Shown here piece by piece: positions 39,891 through 50,200 of a stretch of DNA of 64,000 nucleotides. Position 1 is the first letter of the stretch. The number at the start of each line of letters is the position of its first letter. A program made the translations under genes and the position numbers. Source of the DNA: Planctomycetota bacterium (GTDB lineage Bacteria > Planctomycetota > UBA8108 > SXIK01); contig CBDCXR010000004.1 of NCBI GenBank assembly GCA_965223845.1, positions 1,312,001 to 1,376,000 of the forward strand, read 5' to 3'. A model generated the notes under the pieces. That model worked only from the letters and a program-made list of their open reading frames with translations. It did no database searches and had not been told where the DNA came from.

Positions 39891-40931
39891 ATGATCATCC
39901 GTAGTCGAGCCCCCTTGCGACTTAGCTTTGGTGGCGGGGGGACGGACGTCTCTCCGTACATGGACGAACGCGGCGGCGCGGTCCTCAGCGTAACGATCGA
40001 CAAGTACGCCTACGCGACCCTTCAGACCGATGTCCACGGCCTCACGGACGGTGTTGCCGTGGAGTCGCTCGACTACGATGTCGTGGCGAAGTACCACTCG
40101 CAGGACGACCTTCAGTTCGACGGATCACTCGATCTCGTGAAGGCCGTGCTGAAGCGGATGAACGGACACGGAAAGGACGCCGGGCTCCGGTTTTTCCTCC
40201 ACAGCGACGCGCCGCCCGGATCGGGCCTCGGTTCGTCGTCTACCATGGCGGTCGCTCTGCTCGGACTCTTCCGCGAGTGGAAGAATCTGCCGTTCACCGA
40301 CTACCAAATGGCCGAGCTCGCCTGGCAGATCGAGCGAGTCGACCTCGCGATCGCCGGCGGCCGGCAGGATCAGTATTCGGCCGTGTTCGGCGGCGTGAAC
40401 TTCATCGAGTTTCTCAAGTCCGCCGTCGTCGTCAATCCGCTCCGAGTCCGCCCCGATGTCCTCCACGAGCTTCAGTACCTTTGCCTCCTCTGCTACACCG
40501 GAAAGACCCGGATGTCGGACGGCATCATCCGCGACCAGATGGAAGGCTACCGCGAGCAACGGACCGGCGTCACCGAGGCGATGGACGAGCTGAAGCGGAT
40601 CGCCGTCGACATGAAGGCCGCGCTTCTTCAGGGCCGCCTTCGCGACTTCGGCGCGTTGCTCCACGACGGTTGGGAAGCCAAAAAGAAGATGGCCGGGCGC
40701 ATCTCCAATCCCACTCTCGACGAGCTCTACACCGTCGCACGCGAACACGGCGCGCTCGGGGGCAAAGTGACCGGCGCGGGCGGTGGAGGATACATGCTGT
40801 TTATCTGCGAGTTCGACCGAAAGCACATCATCGCCGAGAAGCTCGAGCAGATGGGAGGGCAGATCGTCGAGTTCGCCTTCGACTTCGGTGGTCTCCAAAC
40901 GTGGAAGGTCGACGCCGCCGGAGCGATGTGA
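39891..40931 (+). CDS. hddA: D-glycero-alpha-D-manno-heptose-7-phosphate kinase, copy 2
   Basis: RSRAPLRLSFGGGGTDVSPY, DAPPGSGLGSSS, GGRQDQYSAVFGG, GGKVTGAGGGG. Confidence 0.88.
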   Translation: MIIRSRAPLRLSFGGGGTDVSPYMDERGGAVLSVTIDKYAYATLQTDVHGLTDGVAVESLDYDVVAKYHSQDDLQFDGSLDLVKAVLKRMNGHGKDAGLRFFLHSDAPPGSGLGSSSTMAVALLGLFREWKNLPFTDYQMAELAWQIERVDLAIAGGRQDQYSAVFGGVNFIEFLKSAVVVNPLRVRPDVLHELQYLCLLCYTGKTRMSDGIIRDQMEGYREQRTGVTEAMDELKRIAVDMKAALLQGRLRDFGALLHDGWEAKKKMAGRISNPTLDELYTVAREHGALGGKVTGAGGGGYMLFICEFDRKHIIAEKLEQMGGQIVEFAFDFGGLQTWKVDAAGAM

Positions 40932-41003
40932 ACGCCCGGGGCGAGCCGCTGTTCTTCGGACGGACTCGTCGCCGGATGAATCGAATCGAACCCTTTGAAT
41001 CTG

Positions 41004-41891
41004 ATGATCGAGTCCGTGTCTGAAGCCAGTGTTCCCGTCGTCGAGATCGGCGGTTGTGAGTTCCACTCCCTCACTGAGAGGGAGAGCGTCGAGTTCATCA
41101 CCGACCGCCTGCGCGCCGACGTCGGGGGATGGATCGTGCCGATGAACCTCGACGTCCTCCGCCAGTACAATCGGAATCCGGAGCTGGCGGAGATGTGCGC
41201 CGAGGCCGATCTTCGTCTCGCTGACGGCATGCCACTCGTCTGGGCGAGTCGCCTTCGCGGGACGCCGCTCCCCGAGCGTGTGGCCGGATCGAACCTGATC
41301 TCGAGCCTCGCTGGCGGAGCGGCCGAGGCCGGGCGTCCGATTTTCCTCCTCGGGGGGGACGAGGGAACCGCGGCCGCGGCGGCGGATGTTCTCAAGGACC
41401 GGTTCCCCGCGCTCACCGTCGGCGGCACCCATTGCCCGCCGATGGGGTTCGAGAAGAGTGACGACGAGATGCAGGCGATGATCGACGCTCTCGCCGCGGC
41501 GGATCCGGGCGTCGTCTTCGTCGCGCTCGGATGCCCGAAGCAGGAACGCCTCATCCGCAAGCTCCGCGAGCGCTTTCCGTCGACTTGGTGGATGGGTGTC
41601 GGCATCAGTTTTAGCTTCTTATGCGGTAGAGTGAAACGCGCTCCCAAGTGGATGCAGAACTGTGGGCTCGAGTGGGTGCATCGACTGGCGCAGGAGCCTA
41701 GGCGGTTGTTCCGCCGGTATATCGTTGACGATCTACCGTTTGCGGCTGCGCTCCTCACGAAGTCCGCCTTTCGCCGCGGTCGAACGGCGAAGCCGGACGA
41801 AGGGGCGACGGAGCAGCGAGAGGGCGTCGGGGACGGAGAGACGGGGAATAGCGGGAGTCGACGGGGTGACGATGGCGTCTCTAAACGGTGA
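41004..41891 (+). CDS. WecB/TagA/CpsF family glycosyltransferase (GT26)
   Basis: ADGMPLVWAS, ERVAGS, FLLGG, VALGCPKQE, GVGISF, RAPKWMQ..GLEW.HRL.QEPRRL.RRY. Confidence 0.92.
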   Translation: MIESVSEASVPVVEIGGCEFHSLTERESVEFITDRLRADVGGWIVPMNLDVLRQYNRNPELAEMCAEADLRLADGMPLVWASRLRGTPLPERVAGSNLISSLAGGAAEAGRPIFLLGGDEGTAAAAADVLKDRFPALTVGGTHCPPMGFEKSDDEMQAMIDALAAADPGVVFVALGCPKQERLIRKLRERFPSTWWMGVGISFSFLCGRVKRAPKWMQNCGLEWVHRLAQEPRRLFRRYIVDDLPFAAALLTKSAFRRGRTAKPDEGATEQREGVGDGETGNSGSRRGDDGVSKR

Positions 41892-42930
41892 TTGGACGAA
41901 GCGGACGACGCCCTTCAAGCGGCGGACGCTCTACGGGCTGCAAAAGATGCTCGTGTGGACCGGCATCGCGGGTCTCTACTCGCGGAGCCGAGGGCGACGG
42001 GGTGCGGCGATTCTGATGTACCACAGCGTCGCGAGCTCCGACTCGCCGACGGGAATCGACCCAGCGAATGCGATCTCGGTCAAGGCATTCCGTGAGCAGA
42101 TGGAGTTTCTTCGGCGACGGCGGCGAGTGCTGTCGATGACGGAGCTCGTCTCGATCGTCGAAGCGGACGAGGATCCGGGACCGAACGCGATCGCCGTAAC
42201 GTTCGACGACGGCTACAGGGATTTCCTGACTCTGGCCGCGCCGATTTTGGAGGAGAATCGGATCCCGGCGACCGTGTACCTCGCGACCGAGTTCGTGAGC
42301 GCGAAGCGGCCGATGTGGATCGATGTCCTCTACTCGACCTTCGGCGGAGCGACGCGCTCGCGAGTCGAGGTCGAAGGCGTTCTCGATCGCGAGTACGACA
42401 TCGCGATCCCTCCACAGCGAGCGGCCGCATACGAAAAGCTCCGACTTCACATCGCGGCGGCGACGACGAGTGAGCGTGACCGCGTGATGGGGATCGTCGA
42501 AGAGCAGCTTCGACCGGATCGCGAGCTTCCACGGCTTCTACTCGACTGGGACGAAGTGCGTTCGCTACAGCAAACGGGCCGATTCGAATTCGGCGGTCAC
42601 ACCGCGGATCACCTCGATCTCTCGAGCCACGACGACGAGGTCGGGCGCGACCAGATCGCGCGCTGCTTCAACGATCTCGCCCGCGAGCTCGATCGCTCCC
42701 CGCTTCACTTCGCATTTCCGTACGGCCGATTCAGTACCCGTGCCGTCGACGCCGTTCGCGAGACCGGATTTCGCTCCGCCGTCTGCTCCGACGGCGCCGG
42801 ACGCGTCGGCGCGGATTCCGATCCGTATCAGCTTCCGCGAATCGATCCCCCCGAATGCCACTCGCTCTTCCGCTTTCGGACGAGCGGGGCCTACCCCGAT
42901 CTCTCGAAGTCTCTCTTCAATCGCGTATGA
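41872..42930 (+). CDS. Polysaccharide deacetylase (NodB/CE4 family)
   Basis: ILMYHSV, VTFDDGYRD, GGHTADH, FAFPYG, LPRI. Confidence 0.88.
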   Translation: MASLNGDWTKRTTPFKRRTLYGLQKMLVWTGIAGLYSRSRGRRGAAILMYHSVASSDSPTGIDPANAISVKAFREQMEFLRRRRRVLSMTELVSIVEADEDPGPNAIAVTFDDGYRDFLTLAAPILEENRIPATVYLATEFVSAKRPMWIDVLYSTFGGATRSRVEVEGVLDREYDIAIPPQRAAAYEKLRLHIAAATTSERDRVMGIVEEQLRPDRELPRLLLDWDEVRSLQQTGRFEFGGHTADHLDLSSHDDEVGRDQIARCFNDLARELDRSPLHFAFPYGRFSTRAVDAVRETGFRSAVCSDGAGRVGADSDPYQLPRIDPPECHSLFRFRTSGAYPDLSKSLFNRV

Positions 42931-43943
42931 CCGTCCCTCGCGTTACCGCGCTCATCGTTACCTTCAACTCTGAGGACTGCATCGGTGCGGCTCTCGAGTC
43001 GCTCCGCGATCTTCACTCCGCGGGCGAGCTCGATTGCATCGTCATCGACAATCAGAGTGTGGACGGGACGGTCGAGCTCATTCGCTCCGAGCACCCGTGG
43101 GTCCGCGTGATCGCGCAGCAGGAAAACGTGGGCTACGGTCGAGGGCTCAACCGCGGACTCAAGGAAACGACCACGCCGTACGTACTCTTCATGAACCCGG
43201 ACGCGAGGATGCAGCCGGGAGCGATCGAGCGGCTGCGCGAGTTTCTCGACGAGCGATCGCGCGTGGGCATGGTCGCGCCGGCGATCTCCTCGGCCGACGG
43301 CACGCACTATCAGTTCGCCGGCGCCTTGGCGACGCCGTGGGAGATCGTGCGCGGCGCGTTCGGAAAGATGATCAGCACGCGGCGGACCATCGAGCCGAAC
43401 TCCGCCCCCTTCGAGAGCAATTGGCTCTGTGGCGCGGTCCTCCTCGCGCGCCGCGACCTCATGGTCTCGCTCGAGGGCTTCGATCCGCGGTTCTTTCTCT
43501 ACTTCGAGGAGACGGATCTCTGCCGGCGGGTGACGGCGAGCGGATACGAGCTCTGGGCTGTCGGCGATGCCCTCGCGGTCCACGACGCCGGAACGAGCGC
43601 CCGCGCGTCGAGCGAAGATCTTCACGCAAACAACTGCATCGCGCGGCACTATTTTCAGAGCCGGTTCTACTATCTCCGCAAGCACTTTGGGTTCGCTTCG
43701 GCGTTTGCCGCGGAGCTGGGTGAGCTCGGGGTGATCCTCCTCCGACAGCTGCGGAGCTTCTTCCGGCCCCGGAACGGCCAGCCGCGTCCCCTTGCCCAGC
43801 GGCTGCGGGGGCCGGTATTCCAGAGTCCGCCCCCGGTCGCGGAGTCCTTTTCGGAACTCGACCCATCCCGGACGGCGCCGACTCCATACGCGGCTGCGCC
43901 TCGTCACGCGCCCGACGGCCCGGCGGCTCCCGAATCGCGCTGA
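42927..43943 (+). CDS. Glycosyltransferase family 2 (WbbL/rhamnosyltransferase-like)
   Basis: IVTFNS, IDNQSVDGT, NVGYGRGLNRG, FMNPD, GFDPRFFLYFEETDLC. Confidence 0.9.
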   Translation: MTVPRVTALIVTFNSEDCIGAALESLRDLHSAGELDCIVIDNQSVDGTVELIRSEHPWVRVIAQQENVGYGRGLNRGLKETTTPYVLFMNPDARMQPGAIERLREFLDERSRVGMVAPAISSADGTHYQFAGALATPWEIVRGAFGKMISTRRTIEPNSAPFESNWLCGAVLLARRDLMVSLEGFDPRFFLYFEETDLCRRVTASGYELWAVGDALAVHDAGTSARASSEDLHANNCIARHYFQSRFYYLRKHFGFASAFAAELGELGVILLRQLRSFFRPRNGQPRPLAQRLRGPVFQSPPPVAESFSELDPSRTAPTPYAAAPRHAPDGPAAPESR

Positions 43944-44248
43944 GCCTAGACGCCACCGCTCGCGCGAGGGATTCCGTCCGGATCGACGCCGAGACTGTTC
44001 CAGGGTGCGGGTATACTGATCCGCTGCCGATGTATCAGCGAGGGCGCGCGCGTGAGACTCGGCAACCGCCCCGCCGTGGGCCGCCGTTTTGCCGGGGCGA
44101 ACGATGCGGCCGAAGCGTGGACGCCTTCCCGGGCGCCGCGGCCGCGGCTGCGGTCGTGCGGTGATCTCTCCCCCGACTCGACGGCATCTCAACGAGGGGC
44201 TCGCGACACGCGAGCGCCCCGACTGAATCATGGTCGCCACCTACGCAG

Positions 44249-47200
44249 ATGGACTTCGCTGACACCGATATCGCGATCGTTGGCATCTCGGCGCGCTTTC
44301 CCGGATCGCCGGACGCCGACGCCTACTGGAAGAGCCTCCGCGACGGAGTCGAGAGCATCCGCTCGTACTCGGACGAAGAGCTCGTCGCGGCCGGCGTCCC
44401 CGCGTCCGAGGTCGCGCGCAGCAACTACGTCAAGGCGGGCGCGCCGCTCGAGGAGATGGAGTGGTTCGACGCCGGTTTCTTCGGCTTCGGTCCGAAGGAC
44501 GCGGCCGTTCTCGATCCGCAGCATCGCCACTTCCTCGAGTGCTCTTGGGAAGCGCTCGAGGACTCGGGCACGCGTCCCGCGACGTTCCCCGGATCCATCG
44601 GGGTCTTTGCCGGCGTCGGCATGCAATCGTATTTCATCTTCAACCTCCTCACCAATCGGGAGGTGATGGATACGATGGGTCTCTTCCTCGTTCGCCACAC
44701 CGGGAACGACAAGGATTTCCTACCGACGCGCGTGTCCTATTGCCTCGATCTCCGCGGGCCGAGCGTGTCCGTGCAGACGGCGTGCTCGACGTCCCTCGTC
44801 GCCGTGCATCTCGCCGTGCAGAGCTTGATCAACGGGGAATGCGACTTGGCGCTCGCCGGCGGCGCGACGATCGAGGTTCCCCACCGTCACGGATACCTGT
44901 TCAAGGAGCAGGAGATCCTCTCTCCCGACGGACACTGCCGTTCGTTCGACGCGAGCTCGCGCGGCACCGTGTTCGGAAGTGGGATCGGTGTCGTCGCGCT
45001 CCGGCGCCTGAGTGACGCGGTGGAAGACGGCGATCCCGTCCACGCGGTGATCAAGGGTTCGGCAATCAACAACGATGGTTCGCAGAAGATCGGATACTTG
45101 GCTCCGAGCGTCGACGGTCAGGCCGCCGTCATCCTCGAAGCGCTTTCCCTCGCCGATCTCTCGCCGGAGGACATCGGCTACGTCGAGACGCACGGCACAG
45201 GGACTCCGGTCGGTGATCCGATCGAGGTCGCCGCCCTCACTCAAGCATTTCGCTCGCAGACGGACCGCCGTCAGTTCTGCGCGATCGGTTCGGTGAAGTC
45301 GAACATCGGCCACACCGACACGGCAGCCGGCGTCGCGGGTCTCATCAAGGTGGTGCAGGCGCTGCGGCACGAAATGCTGCCGCCGTCCCTCCACTTCGAG
45401 TCTCCGAATCCCGCCTGTGCGTTCGAAACGAGCCCCTTCTTCGTGAACGATCGTCTCCGCGAGTGGCCGCGCTCGAGCTCGCCGCGACGCGCCGGGGTGA
45501 GCTCTCTCGGCGTCGGCGGTACGAACGCACACGTGATCCTCGAGGAGGCGCCGGTCCTCCCCGCGACTCCTCCCGATGACTCCTGGGAGCTTCTCGTGTT
45601 TTCGGGAAAGACGGTGACGTCGGCCGAGCGCAACGCCGAACGCCTCGCCGCGCATCTCGAGGAGCATCCCGATCTTCACTTGGGCAATGTCGCGTACACC
45701 TACCAGGTGGGGCGCGAGCCGTTCGGGCACCGCCGCGCGGTCGCGTGCCGGGACGGCGCGGATGCGATCTCCGCGATTCGCGACGGCGGGGCTAAGCGCA
45801 TCGCGACGGGAACCGCGCCGGAGACGGAGGCGGCGGTGGTGTTCATGTTCCCCGGAGGGGGAGCGCAGTATCCGCAGATGGGACGCGATCTCTACGATGC
45901 GCTTCCGGTCTACCGCGAGAGTGTCGATCGCTGCCTGGAAACCCTCGCCGGTCTCGTCGACGCCGACCTGCGCGCGCTCATGTTCCCCGCCGACGGTGCC
46001 GATGTCGAGGCCGCCGCCGAGCAGCTCCGCCGGCCGCTTCTCGCCCTTCCCACCTTGTTTGCGACGGAGTACGCGCTCGCGCAGCTCTGGATGAGCTGGG
46101 GCGTCGAGCCCGCTGCGATGACCGGACACAGCATGGGCGAGTACACCGCGGCGTGTCTCGCGGGAGTGTTCACGCTCGAAGATGCGCTCCGCGTCGTCAC
46201 GCTGCGTGGTCGACTCTTCGAGACCTTGCCGCCGGGCGGCATGCTGAGCGTTCCGATGGCCGAAGATGCCGTCCGGCCGCTTCTCGGCGACGAGCTTTCG
46301 ATCGCGGCGATCAACGGTCCGGAACTCTGTGTCGTCTCGGGCGGCGACGCGGCGATCGAGCGCGCGGCCGAGCGGTTCGAGGCGAAGGAGATCGAATTCC
46401 GGCGCCTCAAGATCGACGTCGCCGCACATTCGAGCGAGCTCGAGCCCATTCTCGAAGAGTTTCGGCGCGGCGTCGGCGAGCTCAGCCTCTCGGCGCCCGA
46501 GCGCCCGTTCGTCTCGAACGTCAGCGGCACCTGGGCGCGGCCCGAGGAGGTCGTCACTCCGGAGTACTGGGTGCAGCATCTCCGGCGGACGGTCCGCTTC
46601 GCCGACGGGCTCAGCACGATTCTTCGACAGGGGCCGCAGGCGCTGATCGAGATCGGACCGGGAACGACGCTCGGATCCCTCGCGCGCATGCATCCGGATC
46701 GGCGCACCTCGGATCCCGTCGCCTCTTCTCTCCGGCATCCGCAGGAGAGCGTGGACGATCGACAGTTCCTCCTCTCGAATCTGGGACAGCTCTGGTGCAG
46801 CGGAATGGCCGTTGACTGGCTGAAGTTCCAGGGCGAGCGCGAGCGGCGGCGATTGTCCCTCCCGACGTACGCGTTCGACCGGCAGCGCTACTGGATCGAA
46901 CCCGGGGAGCCGGTCGCCAGGGTCGAGGCGGACGACACGGCGATCACGAAGCTCCCCGCTCTCGAGGATTGGCTCCAGCGGCCGGCCTGGCGCGTCGCCG
47001 GCCTCGCCAACGTCGAAGATGACCTCGCGAAGCGCTGGCTCGTGTTCCTCGATGCGGCGGGCGTCGGATCGGAGGTCGTTCGAGCGCTTCGAGCGCGCGG
47101 TGCCGACGTCGTCACCGTGCGAGAGGGAGATGCCTTCTACGAGGTAGGAACCGAGGAGTTCATCCTCGCGCCCGAGCACGGCGCGGAGGGCTATCGACTG

Positions 47201-50200
47201 ATGCTCGAGCGTCTGGCGGAGCGGGAGTGGACTCCGGACGAGATCGTCCACCTCTGGCTACTGACGGAGCGGGAGTCGTACCGTCCGGGTTCGAACTTCT
47301 TCCATCGCAATCAGGAGCAGGGGTTCTACAGCCTCCTCTTTCTCAGCCAAGAGCTCAGCGATCGGTGGCTCGAGAGTCCTTGCGGGCTGACGGTCGTCTC
47401 GACGGGCATGCAGCGGCTAGGGGACGAGACGCTCGCCTACCCGGAGAAGGCCACCGCTCTCGGCCCCGTGCGAGTGATCCCGAACGAGTTTCCGCTCGTC
47501 CGCTGCCGGAGTTTCGATGTCGACCTGCCCGCACCGCGGCGGCGCCGCGCCGCGGGCGCGCGCTTTTCCGCGCTCGCAGAAGCGCTGATCGATGAGATCC
47601 GCGCCGGCGAGGATCCCGAAGTCGCGCTCCGGGGTGAATCACGATATGTGAAGACCTACGAGCCTCTCCACCTCGAGCCGGCTAAGGCGGAGGAATCGCG
47701 CCTGCGGAAGGGTGGTGTCTATCTCATCACCGGTGGACTCGGCGGGATTGGAATGGCGGTGGCGCAGTACCTGGCCGAGCACTGGCAGGCTCGTCTCGTT
47801 CTCGTCGGTCGCTCCGGACTGCCGGAGCGGAGCGCGTGGGATCGATGGCTCGGGACGCACAGCGAGCGCGACCCGAAGAGCCTCGGCATTCGAGCCGTGC
47901 GCGAGCTCGAACGGACCGGCGCCGAGGTGTTGGTGGGAGTCGCGGATGTCGCCAATCCCGAGCAGATGAACGCCGTCATCGCAGAGGCGAACGAGCGCTT
48001 CGGGCCGATCCAGGGGGTCGTTCACGCGGCCGGAAATCTCGACGACGCGATCATTCCGAGCAAGACGCAGGAGCAAATCGAAAACGTCTTTTCGCCCAAA
48101 GTGCACGGGACGCTCGTCCTCACGAACCTTTTCGCCGAGACCGCGCTCGATTTCTTCGTCTTCTTTTCGTCGACGAGCACGATCCTCGGCCCGGCAGGTC
48201 AGGTGGACTACACGGCGGCGAACTGCTTCTTGAACGCTCTCGCGGAAAGTCAACGCTCGGTGGGGCGGGATCGAGACAGCGGCGGCACGTTCGCGGTTCA
48301 GTGGGGAGTGTGGAACGAGGTCGGGATGGCGCGCGCGCTCAGTCGTCGCATCGGTCAGCCCGACGCAGAGTTCTTTACCGCGCGCGAGCTGCTGCCGCAT
48401 CCACTCCTCGACGAACGACTCGTGACGGCGTCGGGCGATATCGCGTACGGTGCGACGTACTCGGCGGAGTCGCGGTGGATCATCGCGGAGCACCGGACGC
48501 GTGCCGGCCAGATGCTCGTTCCCGGGACTGCGTTCCTCGAGCTCGCTCGCGCGTCGTACGAGGACAGCCGCCGCTCACCGGAGTGCGAGCTGAAGAACGT
48601 GAGCTTCCTCGTTCCGCTCGAGGTGAAGGAGGGCGCCGAGCGAGAGGTGCGCGTCGAGCTCACGCGGAGCGACGGTGACTTCAGTTTCAGCATCCGCAGT
48701 CGTCGTTCGGTCGAGCACCCCTGGACGCTTCACGTCGAAGGGGGATGTGCGGCGCTCGCGTCCGAGGTCCCCGGTCCCCTCGATCTTTCGTCCATCTCCG
48801 AGCGCTGCCGCGACGTCGTTCTCGATGAAGGCGGCGACGCCCTGCGGACGGATCAGGAGGAGTTCCTCGACTTCGGACCGCGCTGGGCGGTGCTCCGGCG
48901 AGCCGAGTTCGGGCGTGGCGAAGCGCTCGCGCGCATCGAGCTAGCACCCGAGTACGAAAGCGAAGTCGGATCGTTCGGACTCCACCCGGCTCTCCTCGAT
49001 ATCGCGACCGGATTCGCGCTGCGACTCGTCGAGGGCTACGCGCCGGGGCGAAACCTCTACGTTCCCGTGTCCTACGATCGCGTTCGCGTCTACCGGCGAC
49101 TCCCGGCATCCTTCCATAGCTGGATGCGTCCCGTAGAAACGTACACGACCGACGACGACGTCGTCGCGTTCGACGTCACGCTCGTCGATGGTGAAGGGCG
49201 CGCTCTCGTCGAGGTCGAGGGCTTCCGCATGAAGCGACTCGACACCGCGCTCCTCCTCCCGCCGGAGAGCTACGCTTCCGAAGCGCAGCTCTCGGCCGCC
49301 GAACGGTTCTTCATGACGACGTTCGATGCGGGCATCGATGTCCGCGAAGGCATGGAGGCTCTCGCGCGCGTCCTCTCGGGCTCGACCGGAGCGCAGATCA
49401 TCGTGTCCTCGATCGATCTCGACGCCCTCCGTGCAGGGATGGAACGGGCGCGCGAGTCCGAAGGCGCCGGAGAGACACAAGTCAAATTCGCTCGTCCTAA
49501 TCTCTCGAGCGAGTACGAAGCTCCGCGAGACGAGGTCGAAACCGCACTCGTCGCTCACTGGGAGGAGCTCCTCGGTGTCGATCAGCTCGGAGTCCACGAC
49601 GACTTCTTCGAGGTCGGCGGACATTCACTCGTCGCCGTCCGGCTGTTCGCCAAGATCAAGAAGGAGTTCGGAGTCGAGCTGCCGCTTTCCGTTCTCTTCG
49701 AGGCCCCGACGATCGCGGGCTGCGCCGACATCATCCGCGCGCAGACCGGCGACCGGGAGGCGAGCGGAGCCGGCGGAACGTTTCGCTCGGCCCACAAGTT
49801 TCTCGTTCCGATGCGAACGGTCGACGACGCGAAGAAACCGCCGTTCTTCATCGTCGCGGGCATGTTCGGAAACGTCCTCAATCTCCGCTATCTCGCCTCC
49901 CGTCTCGGCGACGATCAGCCCGTCTACGCGGTGCAGGCGAAAGGGCTTTACGGCGACGATCAGCCGCACACCCGTTTCGAGGACATGGCGCGCGACTACC
50001 TCGAGGAGATTCGGACCGTTCAGCCGGAAGGGCCGTACTTTCTCGGCGGCTTTTCGGGCGGAGGGATCACCGCGTTCGAGATGGCTCAGCAGCTCCGCGC
50101 CGCTGGCGAGGACGTCGGAATTCTCGTCATGCTCGACAGCTTTCCGCCGGAGATTCCGTCGCTCGACTGGGGGGACCGTCTGCGGATTCAAGCGCAGCGA

